Source: Octopus vulgaris
Taxonomy: Eukaryota
DNA length: 64,000 nt
Assembly (NCBI GenBank): GCA_951406725.2
Contig: OX597815.1
Span: 1,798,001-1,862,000, forward strand
Direction: 5' to 3'
Positions within the stretch are counted from its first letter, which is position 1. The number at the start of each line of letters is the position of its first letter. Of this stretch, positions 23,972-37,300 are shown piece after piece. The position numbers were made by a program, and so were the translations under genes. Under the pieces are notes generated by a model. It saw only the letters and a program-made list of their open reading frames with translations. It searched no databases and was not told where the DNA came from.

Positions 23972-24500
23972 CATCATCATCATCATCATTTAACGTCCGC
24001 TTTCCATGCTAGCATGGGTTGGACGGTTCAACTGGGGTCTGGGAGCCCGAAGGCTGCACCAGGCCAGTCAGATCTGGCAGTGTTTCTACAGCTGGATGCC
24101 CTTCCTAACGCCAACCACTCCGAGAGTGTAGTGGGTGATTTTATGTGCCACCGACACAGGTGCCAGACGAGGCTGGCGAACGGCCACGCTCGGATGGTGT
24201 TTCTTATGTGCCACCGACACAGGTGCCAGATGAGGGTGGCAGACGGCCACGCTCGGATGGTGATTTTATGTGCCACCGACACAGGTGCCAGACGAGGCTG
24301 GCAGACGGCCACACTCGGATGGTGATTTTATGTGCCACCGACACAGGTGCCAGATGAGGGTGGCGAACGGCCACGATCGGATGGTGTTTGTTACGTGCCC
24401 ACAGCAAGGAGGCCAGTGATGCGGTACTGGCTACGGCCACGTTTGGATGGTTTTCTTGTGTGCCACTGGCACTGGTACCACAAAAATGCAAATTCCATTG
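23972..24500 (-). mobile_element. RTE 3' UTR copy with expanded 62-63-bp internal tandem array
   Basis: Units start at 24143, 24206, 24268, 24330, 24393. Confidence 0.85.
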
Positions 24501-25105
24501 ATGTATGTAAAATGAGTGCCACTGCTTCTTCTTGTCCTCCTTCAAATGTGTCTCACCTGACCATTTTATATCTTTTTAAATTACAAGATTTAATAAAATA
24601 GAAACTTTATTCTAATATCAAAAAAACAAAACAAAAAAATTCTTTTCTCTTAAATTTTAAATTATTTTGTATGAAATTAATTTTCTAGACATAATGAATT
24701 CATGGAGTAATCAGAACAATCTGTTCGAAATCACCTCAAATCTTGCTCAATATTTTTGTGAGAGATCAATAGGCAATAATTATATTTTGGTAGACTTATT
24801 GTGGAAATCAGTAAAAGTTTTAAAGATTAAAGACTATTTTATGATTAAACCATTTTCTTTTCTACAAAATTATTTTTGCATTAATGCAGATTTTTAGTAA
24901 AAAAAATAATCCGTTTTAGTACAACTGCCTTATTGCTTATGTGTTGTTAGGGGAGGTAACTCAAATAGAGAAAGATGTAAAGCGAGAGAGAGAGAGAGAG
25001 AGAGAGAGAGTGAGGGAAAAGTAAGAAAGAAAGATAGATAGATGTAAGGGAGAGGCTGAAAGCAAAGAGATTTAAACATGGAGATGGAGTTGGCATTAGA
25101 AACTA

Positions 25106-25498
25106 CTAGCAGTACCGCCCGGCGTTGCTCGGGTTTGTTTCGACCCTTTAGAATTGGAATTTTTGAAAAGTGAAAATTTTGCATTATGTAGCTTGTTATT
25201 CTCTTTAAGTGAACATTTTTCTGGTTGAAATACACCGAAAAATGGTGACACAGCAGTAAAAAAATCGTAAAAAATAGGGATTTTCATAAAAAAATAAGCA
25301 CCTTTTTGATGTAAATAATTTTTGGTGTTAACATGGTCCGATTTGAATTTTTTCTTATGCAGAGGGAAGAGCAAGCCTTCTTCTATCATACTCTCAATTT
25401 TGGTCAACTTGCGCCGCAGGGTCTCGGAGGTGATAGTGTTAGTTGAAGGCTACCAAACCTGCCATACACACAGACAACTTCAGCTTTATACATATAGA
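25106..25498 (-). mobile_element. Non-autonomous Helitron family B
   Basis: TC...cccgagcaacgccggg hairpin...CTAG on the minus strand; homologous to 45007-45397 and 48617-49008. Confidence 0.85.
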
Positions 25499-25893
25499 TA
25501 ACTGTTGTGGAAGATTGTTGATGATGGATAAGAAGAAGCTCTGCTCTTTTCTGTGACTTGATAAATACATCCAGTGATTGATGATGAGCAGGGCATTCAG
25601 TCGTAAACACCCTACGTGACCCAATGAAATCTATGAAACATGTCTTATGGTTTTAGGGAGACAATTGATGATGAGCTGAGTGGGGCCCTTCCTGTTTCTT
25701 TTACTGTTTACCAACCAAATAAAAGATACATAATTATTAAAAATATAGCTAAAAACTAAACCAAAAATTAGTGTCGTTAATAATAATTTCTGAGGTATAC
25801 GCAGAACACTGAGACTCCAAACAATGATGTATCTATTCCCAGGATGGTGCCACGTAAAATGCCCTCATGTTGGTGCCATGTGAGAGGCACCCA
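25106..25893 (-). repeat. Inverted segmental duplicate of 44622-45397 (Helitron plus ~390 bp of 5' flank)
   Basis: Non-repeat flank 25499-25893 is the reverse complement of 44622-45006; ORFs 25404-25610 and 44893-45099 give similar peptides. Confidence 0.9.
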
Positions 25894-26167
25894 TTACTAC
25901 CAAGGTAGACTTTTACACTGTCCAAAGAATCAAATGTTTTAATTGAAATGCAATTTCAAAAAGAAATTACTCCCCCACCCCACCCCCGCTCCACACCACA
26001 TACACCCAGTCATACTTCGTTAGTATTACAGGTGATTACAGGTGCAGGAGATATGACTGCATGGTTAAGATGTTTGCTTCCCAGCCGTGAGGTTTCGGGA
26101 GCAGACCCACCTTGGGCAAAAGTCTTCTTCCATAGATTTAACATAGGGTGAATATATTTCTTATTTT

Positions 26168-26418
26168 TGCCGGTGGCACATAAAAAACACCAGCCGATCG
26201 TGGACGTTGACAGCCTTGCCTGGCTTCTGTGCCGGTGGCACGTTAAAAGCAACCACTACACTCTCGGAGTGGTTGGCGTTAGGAAGGGCATCCAGCTGTA
26301 GAAACACTGCCAGATCAGACTGGAACCTGGTGCAGCCTCCTGGCTTCCCAGACCCTGGTCGAACTGTCCAACCCGTGCTAGCATGGAGAACGGACGTTAA
26401 ACGAGGATGATGATGATA
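26168..26418 (+). mobile_element. RTE 3' UTR copy
   Basis: Family core and tail. Confidence 0.85.
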
Positions 26419-27424
26419 TGCGTGTGAGAAACACAAATTCATATCCAAGATGTGTGTGTGTATTGTCTGAAAGTCCTTTTTGGAAAGAGTTCTTTGCTAT
26501 GAATGCTATTTTGTAGCTTTAATTAACCAAAACAATTATAAAAGATAAAAGAATTTTCGAGGTAAAACAGTTTGTGGTAAGATGCAATTTTTCAAGGAGG
26601 AAATTTAATTTCATGTTCTTCATTAAAGGAAAATTAAAAGTACTAATTGGACAATTTTGTCATAAAGTTCTAGTTTATGGTAATTGTTTTTCTCAACAAG
26701 ACAACAACACCTTCTGTGAAGTGGTTGTCATTAAGAAGGGAATCGAATTGTAGGAACGAAACAGACAAACAGAGCCTGGTGGGGCCTCCAAGCTCCTGTC
26801 AAACTGTGCCAGCATGGAAAACAGATGTTGATGATGATGATGTCAATATAAGGAGAGAAACACATACAACGGGTTTCTTTGAGTTTTTTGTCTACCAAAT
26901 CTGCTCACAAGGCTTTGGTTGGCTAAGACCCTTATGCCCAAGGTGCCGTGCAGTGGGACTGAACCTGAAGTCTTAGTAGTTGGGGAAGGGAGCTTCTTAA
27001 TCAGCTCCTAGATAAACGGTTTCTTTCTGCTTCCAGCCTGTAAGACATCTAGGTGACCCACTCTGAAGACAATTGCAATGTAATGGTGTTTGGAGGTCAA
27101 CACATTACTGCAACAGCGAGGCCAGCTGCTATCTGTTGTCACACTGCGTTCAGGGTAGCACAACCTTCACCTTGACACCTGCTGACCTCTTTTATCTAAT
27201 CTTTGAATAGCATTTTTTAAAAAAAAATGTAAATAAATAACTGAATATTTAATTTTTATCAGTCTAAGTGAAATAGAGGAAAACTGTTCACAGAAAATTA
27301 CTTAGATAATTACTTGTGCCAGAGACAGAACTTAAAATACGATAACTTATTAAGAATAATGTTTGTGTGTCATGGGTGGTGCATCAGATTTTTAGCTAGG
27401 TACATTAGCTACCATTGCTTTTAA

Positions 27425-28063
27425 CCCTTTCGATTCCAGCCTGCCTGAAACCACCTCTGGCCCTATAATACAAATGTCTTGTTTTCATAAGTTTTGAATT
27501 AAAATCTTCCACCAAACCTTAGTCGCAATTTATGTCCCTAACACTTGTTGTTGTTGGCATCCTTTTGTCTCAGAAGACAATGGAGTTGCGCATAAACTAA
27601 TCCAGTCTGGTTTTTACATTTCCTGTCCTCTCCAGTTTTGCGCAGTGGATGTAAGAAAATCCTGGGTAGCCCAATCGTCAGGATTCCTCTCTCGACCTTG
27701 CTGATGTAGTCCAAAGGAGTGCAGAGGATTACGTTTGGCACCAGCTTGGTTGCAGGAGCTGCCAGAAGAGTGTCGAGTTGAACACTAAACCACCAACAGG
27801 GCTCAACTCTGGATTTCTTTGAAGGTTGTCTCCTTTCCATAACCCTGGATAGGGGCCCATACCGGGTGCTGTCAGCCGGAGCCAGCCGAGCCCAGGACTC
27901 ATGTCAGGCAGGGTCATCCTTCCCTGAAGTAGTGAAGAAAATTGCTACCCATAACTAACACTAGCTGAATGATAACTAAGTTATTTTACTAAATTCTTTG
28001 TTATATTTAAAATTAATTGAAAGAAACACAGAACATCTCAACAGAAATATGGTAACAAAAGGG
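27425..28063. mobile_element. piggyBac-type MITE (TTAA TSD) interrupted by a retroposon
   Basis: TTAA|CCCTTT ... AAAGGG|TTAA; related decayed copies near 2080-2200, 49243-49392 and 61925-61985. Confidence 0.8.
27546..27954 (-). mobile_element. Short RTE-related non-autonomous retroposon with 8-bp TSD
   Basis: TSD ctaacact at 27538-27545 and 27955-27962; minus-strand 3' end ccattgtcttctgagacaaaaggatgcc(aac)n resembles RTE 3' termini. Confidence 0.75.
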
Positions 28064-28400
28064 TTAAACCTCTATATTTAAGTCTAATTGATTATTTCAA
28101 TTTCATTCATTTGCAATCTTCTGCAAAAACATGTCCAGCCACAGGGAAATGTTATTTTGCTTGGAAATAGTTGGAAATAGTTGGAAACTGGGGGGGGGGG
28201 ATGGGACTGGTTGTGAAGAAGAAACAACGTTATTTGGGAAACAGCTTTAGCACTGTTACTAAGGTGTTGGTGCCATGGAAGCTGATCTGAGATTGTAAAG
28301 CCCAACGTTTATAGCAAGTTTGAAGGTATTTGGAAATATTTGGGTTGGGAATGGAGAAGGTGAATAGCACGGATATGGTTCCTTACCCTGTATGTGTGTG

Positions 28401-28546
28401 GGAGAGAGAGAGATAGAGAGAGAGAGGGGAGGGAGAAAGAGAGAATGGGGAGAGAGAGGAAGAGAGAGAAGGGAGAAAGAGAGAATGGGGAGAGGGAGGG
28501 AGAGAGAGAGGGAAAGAGAGAGAGAGGGAGGGAGAGAGAGAGGGAG

Positions 28547-28597
<51 letters not shown>
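28401..28597. repeat. Polypurine (GA/GGGA/GATA) low-complexity tract
   Basis: Directly visible. Confidence 0.9.
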
Positions 28598-29030
28598 TGA
28601 AGTTGTGTTCCGCAATGAAGGATGCTTTCAATGATTAGTGTTCAGGAAGGCAAGTCTAATATAACATGTCTAGGTTGTGTGAGTGTGTGTGTGTGAGTGT
28701 GTGTGTGTGTGTGTGTGTAAGGTTAAGGATGGAGTAAAAGGTGGGAGTGGAGGGTGTAAGAAACATTTGGGAAATGAAATGATAAATAAAGATTTCAAAA
28801 CGGTAAAAAATTTGAGAAATTGTAAGAGAAGCGAGTTAAACGTAGCTAAAGAAACAAAACTGTATTTAAAACAAAGAGGTGGAGGGGGTGGGGTGGTGGA
28901 GGTGGGGGTCGGAGATGAAGAATTGAGATGTTTTATGAGTTTGATAATGGAATCTGAGTCAGTTGGTGGCTATCAAATTAATGTTTCAAAAATAAACATG
29001 ATATTGATGGAAGTAAAAACTACCACCACA

Positions 29031-29084
<54 letters not shown>

Positions 29085-29496
29085 GCTGCTACAGTCAATG
29101 AAGCATTTCTATTAAAATGTTACTATTTTCAAAGGAGACAGAAGTTTAGGAGGGAACCTGAGAAGGGACAGATTAATATTTAACGATCGCTTTATGTTAA
29201 ACAGAAGTCATTAAAAATACATAATTAAAATGTTAAACCATTTCTAATTAACAGCCCTGAATTAAGACTCAAGAGGAAAAAAAAAAATAATTGTCTTCAG
29301 TGGCACTTTTTTAAAAGAGACAAATTATTAGTAATTAACAAGATGGCAGCATCCAGAAGAATTGATGACGACTGATGAAGACTATTGTTTAACCATGGGT
29401 CTACCTCAATCAAGAAAAGCCATGACTAAAGGTGTTTTAATTAAAACCAAGAAAACAAAAAACGAATTCCTATCCTTATTTAAGGCAGTCTCAAAG

Positions 29497-29700
29497 CGGT
29501 GAGCGCTGGCAGAACCATTAGCATGCCAGACAAAGCGCTTAGCGGCATTTCGTCTGTCCTGAGTTCTAATTCCACTGAGGTTGACTTTGCCTTTCATACT
29601 TTCGGGATTGATAAATTAAGTGCCAGTGAAACACTGGGGTCGATGTAATCAACTAGTCCCCCTTCCCCCAAACTTTCAGACCTTGTGCCTGTTGGAGAAA
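29497..29700 (+). mobile_element. SINE family B (alternative tail)
   Basis: Nin segment followed by ccccaaactttcagaccttgtgcc. Confidence 0.75.
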
Positions 29701-29769
29701 GGGTTGCCTTGCTCCTGTCAAACCAGCCGACCCACGACAACATGGAAGGAGGGCATTATATGAGAATGA

Positions 29770-30125
29770 GGCACCTTTTGAGTGTTGGGCCTCACAGAGG
29801 CAAAGTGGCTGAGCTCCTTTCAAGAGTTGGGCCACATGGAGGTAATGGCCAAGACCTTTGGCCTTATGTTGTGCTTGAGAAGAAGAAGACCCATCAAGCC
29901 AAGCAAAATCGCAGTCAAGACAGATATTTGTGCCATGCAAATGGCATGTAAAAGCACCCATTACACTCATGGAGTGGTTGGCATTAGGAAAGGCATCCAG
30001 CCGTAGAAAACCAGGCCAAATCAGACTGGAGTCTGGTGCAGCCTTCCAGTTCGCCAGCCCTGGTCAAACCGTCCAACCCATGCCAGCATGGACAACGGAT
30101 GTTAAATGATGATGATGATGATGAT
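29770..30125 (+). mobile_element. RTE ORF end plus 3' UTR
   Basis: LGLTEA...DLWPYVVLEKKKTHQAK-like, then family 3' UTR and (GAT)n. Confidence 0.75.
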
Positions 30126-30706
30126 AAGGACAAAACAGTGCTGGTCCTCCATTTGAAGCACTGTTGATGGTACCACAAACCACTAAAACTACAAACCCTG
30201 GCGTTTCCTCCTCTTCCACCTCCTCCTCCTCCATAACCTAAATTACACAGCAACAATATTTACTACTGAGTAGCAAATCGTAGTAGTAGTATTAGTATGA
30301 GTGTGTAGATGCATTGTGTGTGTGTATATATATATATATATACACACCTGAAAGCAGGTGTGTCTGTGTGTGTGAGTGCAGGTATATGTATGCATGAGTG
30401 TGTGTGTGTTTGTTTGTTTACTACCTGGTCCGGGTTGTATGTCAAAACATATATCTGTCTGTTTGTCTGGACATAATATAACCTGTAACATATGTGTGTA
30501 TTGTACACGCTTGTGTGTGTGTGTGTGTGTGCCTATCAGTCAGTGTATATGCATAATGTGTATCAGTATATTTGTGCATTGTGTATGTGTGTGTGTGTGT
30601 GTGCGTGTTAAAGTGATTGATATTAGCAGAAAGCTGATCCGGCAATTTAACCCCTGATATAGGCAAGATATTTTCCTACAGCAATACTACCAGCAGCAAC
30701 AGCAGT

Positions 30707-30835
30707 GGAAGCGCAATGGCCCAGTGGTTAGGGCAGCGGACTCACGGTCGGAGGATCGCGGTTTCGATTCCTAGACCGGGCGTTGTGTGTGTTTATTGAG
30801 TGAAAAACACCTAAAGCTTCATGAGGCTCCAGCAT
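30707..30835 (+). mobile_element. SINE family D head (3'-truncated)
   Basis: gcgcaatggcccagtggttagggcagcggac...ggtttcgattcc. Confidence 0.8.
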
Positions 30836-32056
30836 GAAATGGCTTTCAATTTCTTGGAGAAAGAAAACCAGAGTTCCTAAGACAAAAGCTGAAGTGGCTG
30901 AGAAGAGTTTGCGTCAGACAGAAGTGGTTACGACATCCTGGGTACCTTGGCTCTGGGGTACACAGGGAGGTGCAGGTTAAGTTGTAAACAATAGCATAGA
31001 ATGTGGCAACAGAGGAATGTCCAGGAGCGGATGACCTGAATGCAGTCGGCTTAATTCACAACCACCCCTTTGAATGTAAAGAGGTAAGGGTCAAAGCACT
31101 TGCAGGGTGTTGGGGGCTTCTGCTTTTCAGATCTCCCTACAGTTTGTCACTACTAACCTAGCAGTGTTGGCTCCCCTCCACCCAACCTCCCAGATAACTC
31201 AAGATAGAGTGTGTGGGGTGGGGGGGTACGATGGGGGTGGGGTGGGGGTTGAGTGGCAGCGGAACTGTTTCTGTAGTAATTTTATCCTTAATTCAGATGT
31301 GCTGCTTTGTCCTTTTACAATGACAAAAAAAAAAGAAAGGGGACGGGGGCTAAACAGGGAGCAGGGTTAAGTCTTTTTGGAGAAAGAGCAAATAAAAAAA
31401 AAAATTATTAATTTAATTTAATTCAAAGGAAAAAAACCAAAACTGTTTGGCAATTAAATCTAGTGATGATAGATTACCAAATAATGGTCTGGCATCACAC
31501 ACACACACAGACACAGACACGGAGTGGTAATTGTTGTTCTTGGTGTAAGAGATGGTAATTGTTTAGAAAAAGAAACAAGGCCACAGACGGGATAAAGAGC
31601 CCCAAAATAATGCGACCCCAGGAAGGAGATACTCGAAACAGGGAGATTCTATGTGATTATTTGATCTGTTAGAAATAACAGGCAAATCTCCCTCCTATCG
31701 TATCCTTCAGTCTTAGGGAAGTCCTTAGGATGGTCATATCTGGAATATGTCTGACCACAGGTCTGCTCAATCAGGACCTCAATCAGGGGTTAAACAACAA
31801 CAATCTTTCTACAATGATTGTGTTGTATCACTAAACGAAGTTTCATTATTATAATCACCTCAGTCTGACTGGCTGTCAACAGGTACCAGTCCTAGGTCAC
31901 ACCACAGAGTCCAAACACTGACCCAACTCACATCAACTAACAGAGTGCCAGTTATATAATTTGCAGACATTATGATCCCCCCCACCCATCATCATCATCA
32001 TCATTTAATATCCATGTTCCATGTTGTGTACATTAAAGACGACATCAAAACAAGTG

Positions 32057-32269
32057 CTCTTTTACTTGTTTCAGTCATTTGACTGTGGCCCTGCTGGAGC
32101 ACTGCCTTTAGTCGAGCAAATTGACCCCAGAACTTATTCGTGTAAGACTAGTACTTATTCTATCCGTCTCTTTTGCTGAACTGCTAAGTTACAGAGACAT
32201 AAACACACCAGCATCGGTTGTCAAGCGATGTTGGGGGGACAAACACAGACACATAAACATATACACACA

Positions 32270-32327
<58 letters not shown>

Positions 32328-32530
32328 CATATATACGACGGGCCTCCCTGGGGCCTCCCTACATATATACGACGGGCTCCTCAGCCTCCGTTTACCATAT
32401 CCACTCACAAGGCTTTGGTTGTCCCGAGGCTATAGCAGAAGACATCTATCCAAGGCGCCACGCAGTGGGACCGAACCCGGAACCATGTGGTTGGCAAGCA
32501 AGCTACTTATCCCTCAGCCACTCCTATGCC
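32057..32530 (-). mobile_element. SINE family A with T>C (sense A>G) enriched head
   Basis: Full structure present; see findings. Confidence 0.85.
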
Positions 32531-33264
32531 TGCTGTTGATAAAAATTGGACTTTTTTGTACAAATGACCCCCAGACACGGGCTTTACAGGGTAAGAAAAA
32601 AAAAACAGAAAGTCATAGTCTGTAATGCATTGTGGAGAATAAGAACATTCTTCAGAGAATTCCAGAAATATTTTCTGCTGCTGCTGCTCTGAATGTCCAG
32701 CTTGTGTGGGCTGGGTGGTTGGTTTTATTCCAACACTGACAAGTTATTCCCAAATTATCATCTGCTGGGGTTTAAAGAGGCAGACAGCAGCAGATTTCAT
32801 GAAATTTAGAAAATTCAACACAGACCGAATATACAAGGAAGAATAAACAGAAAGAATTAATTCACCAATTGAATGTTGTTAAGTGATTAAGTGTCGCTCT
32901 GCAGGGAGACGTTTTGGTTTTAGAACAAATTAATATTTGTGCCAAAGGAAATCCTATACATTTCAGTTAAAAAGAGTCGGGTTTTTCAAGACTTGAAATT
33001 ATAATAAAGTTACCCTTAAGGCATAAATGCAATCTATAATGGACTGGAAATATCAACAAGAGGTCCCCATCTCAACAAGAGATTGACATGGTTGACTGGT
33101 AAGATGTCTGCTTCTGAACCATGAGGGTCCAGTTTTCAACCCGATCATGACCTCCCCTTAACAGTCGAACATCATGCAAAATAACAGGCCCCACCCTCTT
33201 TCCTTCCATCCGAATTCATTTCACTGTTGTAAAAAAGTGAACCTTAAGGTTATTATGACCAAAG

Positions 33265-33401
33265 TTTGGCTGTGTAGTAAGAAGCTTGCTTCCCAACCAC
33301 ATGGTTCCGGGTTCAGTCCCACTGCATGATACCTTGGCCTAGTGTCTCCTATTACCAAAGCCTCGTGAGTGGATTTGGTAGATGGAAACTAAAAGAAGCC
33401 C

Positions 33402-33445
<44 letters not shown>

Positions 33446-33685
33446 CATACATATGCGTGTGTGTGTGTGTGTTTGTCCCCACCAGCATTTGATAACTGGT
33501 GTTTGTGTGTTTATGTCCCTGTAACTTAGCAGTTTGGCAAAAGAGACTGATAGAATAAGCATCAGATTTAAAAAAAAAGGGAAAAAAGAAAGTATTGAGG
33601 TTGATTCATTTGATTAAAAGTTTCTTCAAGATGATGCTCCAGCATGGCCAGTGAAAGGACTGAAACAAGTAAAAGATAAAAAAAA
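33265..33685 (+). mobile_element. SINE family A
   Basis: Head, microsatellite, tail. Confidence 0.8.
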
Positions 33686-36600
33686 AGAATACAAATAGAA
33701 ACGAAGCAAATTTTATAGCAATTAAGGAACCCTAACGAGGTTGCCAGCAGCTTGCAGGAGTTAAAACCTGAAGGGGCCGTTTAAGGTATGAAAGAAAGGG
33801 CCAAAGAAGGGATTTGTTGGGATTGGGGAAGGGTGGATGTAATGACAGGTGGATAAGGGGTAGGGTGGAAAGGGTTGACTAATGATGCACGAGTTCGGGG
33901 AGGAAGGGTTAATGAGAGATAACTGACAGAGCAGGGAAACAGTCGATGGAGCAACGGACAGCTAGGACAGGGTTAGGCAGAGAATTGGAAACCAATGACA
34001 CCGGATGAACGAGCCATTTGTTTGACCACAGACTGCATCCATCTGCCTGACCAGTTAGACCATGGGTACCTTGTATTCGTCTGTCTGTCAGAGACCTTAC
34101 GAAATAAAAGACATATGAAAAGAGTTAGTCAGGTCTCAGAAGCCGAACTTCCAGGTTGTCATCATCATCATTGTTTAACATCCGTTTTCCATGCTAGCAT
34201 GGGTTGGACAGTTTGACCGGAGTCTGCACCAGGCTCCAGTCTGATCTGGCAGTGTTTCTACAGCTGGATGCCCTTCCTAACGCCAACCACTCCAAGAGTG
34301 TAATGGGTGCTTTTTACGTGCCAGGGGAGGCTGGCAGCGTTTATATAATCAGCTGCTGGCAGTGTGAGGTGTTCCTGATTAGAATAATTAACACTATTTA
34401 TACAAAGTAATATTGCTACCTGATAAACGAGAGAGCAGAAGTGAGGTTGTTTATATAGACCAAAATGGCACACGATTCCCTCTTCCCCATCTTTGCTGAA
34501 TGAACATTTCGATGAATGCAAAGAATCTATAATCTAAACAGTCGAATGCATTACTCTAATCAATGTTCTTCGTAACAGGCGCTTGTTTAATTGGACTGCA
34601 TAGAGAACGAAGTGTATTCAAAGTTCATCGGGATGGAGCTGAGCCGGGGCGCGGAGAGGGGTGAGAATCAATAAAAGATATTGATTAGACTCGAGCCCCA
34701 CCCAACCAGTGAGAAACCATTGAAACAACAGCAACAACAACAACAAAGTCAATTGTGTATTTAAACTTTTTTTTTTTTAAATAACAAAAAGTCAATTTAA
34801 AAATCTTTTTTACTACTCTTACAACTAATTTAAAAATGAATTATAGAAAAGTAAAAGCGAACTTGTGATGGCAGCAGGAAAAAGCAAAACCTTTTCACTG
34901 GTTTTGAAGAGAAGGAAATCAATAATGTTGTAATGATTTATTTAAACCCAGTCCACCCCTCCCCCGCCACCCCACCACCACCCACGTGGAACATAAACAT
35001 TTGCCATGGAATCATGGCTTCCCGATGCTGCCAAATGGCAGTCCATCATTTCTCAACATTGTTAAATATTTAGGAATATTTGCAGAACTTACTGGTAACA
35101 TTAGAAGCAAACCGTTTTAGTGAGAACTCTGTGCCAGGCTTATCATCATCATCATTGTTTGACGTCCGTTTTCCGTGCTGGCATGGGTTGGACGGTTCGA
35201 CCGGGGTCTGGGAAGCCAGGAGGATGCACCAGGCTCCAACATCATTTCATTTAACTACTCTCCATGTACGTATTTCTTATTACTAAACAGGGAAGACTAA
35301 GTAACTATCTGACCTGCAAGATATAGCAGCCAAATCTTCCTCAGATCACATTCTGCTGTTAAAAAAATTAGAATGCTGGACACCTTCAACATCAAGATCA
35401 TTTAAAACTATTTAGGAAAGCTATAGCTACAATAAAAATCATCATCATCATCCTCATCATCATTTAGCATCCACTTTCCATACTGGCATAAGTTAAACAG
35501 TTTGACTGGAACTGGGAAAGCTGCACCGGGTTCCAGTCTGATTTTGGTGTTGGCCCTTCCTAATGCCAACCACTCTGAGAGTGTAGTGGATGCCTTTTAT
35601 GTGCCACCAACAGGGGTACTTCTATGTGTCACCGGCATGGGTGCTCAAACGTGTCACTGGCACGGGTGCTAAAACGTGTCATAATTATATGAAGAGTAAC
35701 TAAAACAATTATTCACCCTTCTATTAAAAATATAATCCTTTTAATTAACACGACATAGTCAAAGACAGGATGGTCACAGCTTGAATACCTTTAATCAAGG
35801 ATGACACCTCAGGTTAAATGACAACAAAACAACAGCCTATGTCAGGTGACCAATGTCATTGAGAAAAGGGATGAAAGTCTGGGCTTCCATTCTGTTCCTT
35901 AAGCTTCCTGCTTCCCTAAAATTGCAGAGGACCCAAGTAGGGTACCTTTCAAGAAAGAGATACACAGTCAGTGAATTATTTCCACCAGTTCTTCATTATA
36001 CACAGAACATCCTTCCCTGTTCCTTTAGAGAGGGTGAGTGATAGTTACAGCCCTTTATTTCCTTTTAGGGCCCCCCCAAAACTGATGAGTAAATGGTGAA
36101 GAAATTATCGTCTCACCAAAGACCTTGTAGTGGAGTTAAACAGGGCAATGGACTGAGTCTATCTCCCGGCTGGGCAATTCAGAATGCAAATAACCAGAAC
36201 ACATAGCACAAAGCATCTTGTCTGATGCTCTACCAGTTCTGCCACTCGACTTCCCAAAACTGGTGGACATTTTATACTTTTATTGCAATGAAAGGCAAAG
36301 TTGAGAAGCTTGCTTCCCACACACGCAGCATACAGCAGAGTTGTTGATGTGAGTATAAATACATATACATAATTTTAAAACACATGATTGGAAAAAAAAT
36401 ATATCTTGGCATCATTTATTTCACATTACACACGTTTCATTTACTAATAGGAGTTACCAAATTGTACATGTAGGATAAACCTATAAGATCTCTCCAATTA
36501 GAAATTCTTAAAAAATCAAATAATACAAAATTTACACTCTATATATAGTTAGTAATCAGAAGCCCTTGAGATAGATGGAGTAGAGAACGTGTGTGTGTGT

Positions 36601-36841
36601 GTGTGTTTTTACCTTTTTAGAAAGATCCCATTATTGAGAAGTCACAATATTGAATACAAGCAAAAGTTTGTTGGAGAGATGAGGTTTCCCTACTCCACAC
36701 TCAGATGTAAATCAAAATATTCACAGTAAGGGACAGTGGCTTTCAACCTTTTCAATATCTGGGCCACATCCAAAACCTGGACCTTTTTTAGGGGGCCATC
36801 CAAAAAAGTAAAATACAAGTTAATAAAAGAAAAATTAATTA

Positions 36842-37300
36842 CATCATTATTTAACGTCTATTTTCCATGCTAGCATGGGTTGGATGGTTTTACTGGGGAC
36901 TGGCAAGCCAGGAGGCTGCACCACGCTCAAACTGTCTGTTCTGGCAGAGTTTCTACAGCTGGATGCCCTTCCTAATGCCAACCACTCCGAGAGTGTAGTG
37001 GGTGCTTTTTACGTGCCACCGGAATGGGAGCCAATCAGGCGGCACTGGCATTGGTCACATTCAGATGGTGCTTTTTACATGCTATCAGTACAGGAGTGAG
37101 TCGGGGCGGGGAGGGCTGGCATCGGTTCGGGTGGTGCTTTTTATGTGCCAGCGACACAGGAGCCAGTCAGGCGGCACTGGCATTGGCCACAAGTACAATT
37201 TCCATTTGATTTTTGATTTTAATTTTACTCGACTCAATAGGTCTCCCCAAGCACAGCGTGTCGCCTGACGATTCAAAGGTACTTTTTAAATGGGTTGATT
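36842..37300 (-). mobile_element. RTE 3' UTR copy, long
   Basis: Family core plus hairpin units; similar to 14125-14492. Confidence 0.8.

Noticed and set aside
24143-24460. CRISPR-like regularly spaced repeats
   Set aside because: Whole units are repeated with no unique spacers, there are no cas genes, and the context is a eukaryotic retroposon
25510-25680. Box C/D snoRNA suggested by several TGATGA motifs
   Set aside because: No terminal stem or properly placed D box; TGATGA is very common in this genome
30707-30780. tRNA gene
   Set aside because: tRNA-like A/B boxes run into a SINE body shared with other copies; these are SINE heads
33720-34070. Possible Penelope ORF remnant (minus, PFHPT-like)
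   Set aside because: Similarity too short and too degraded to support
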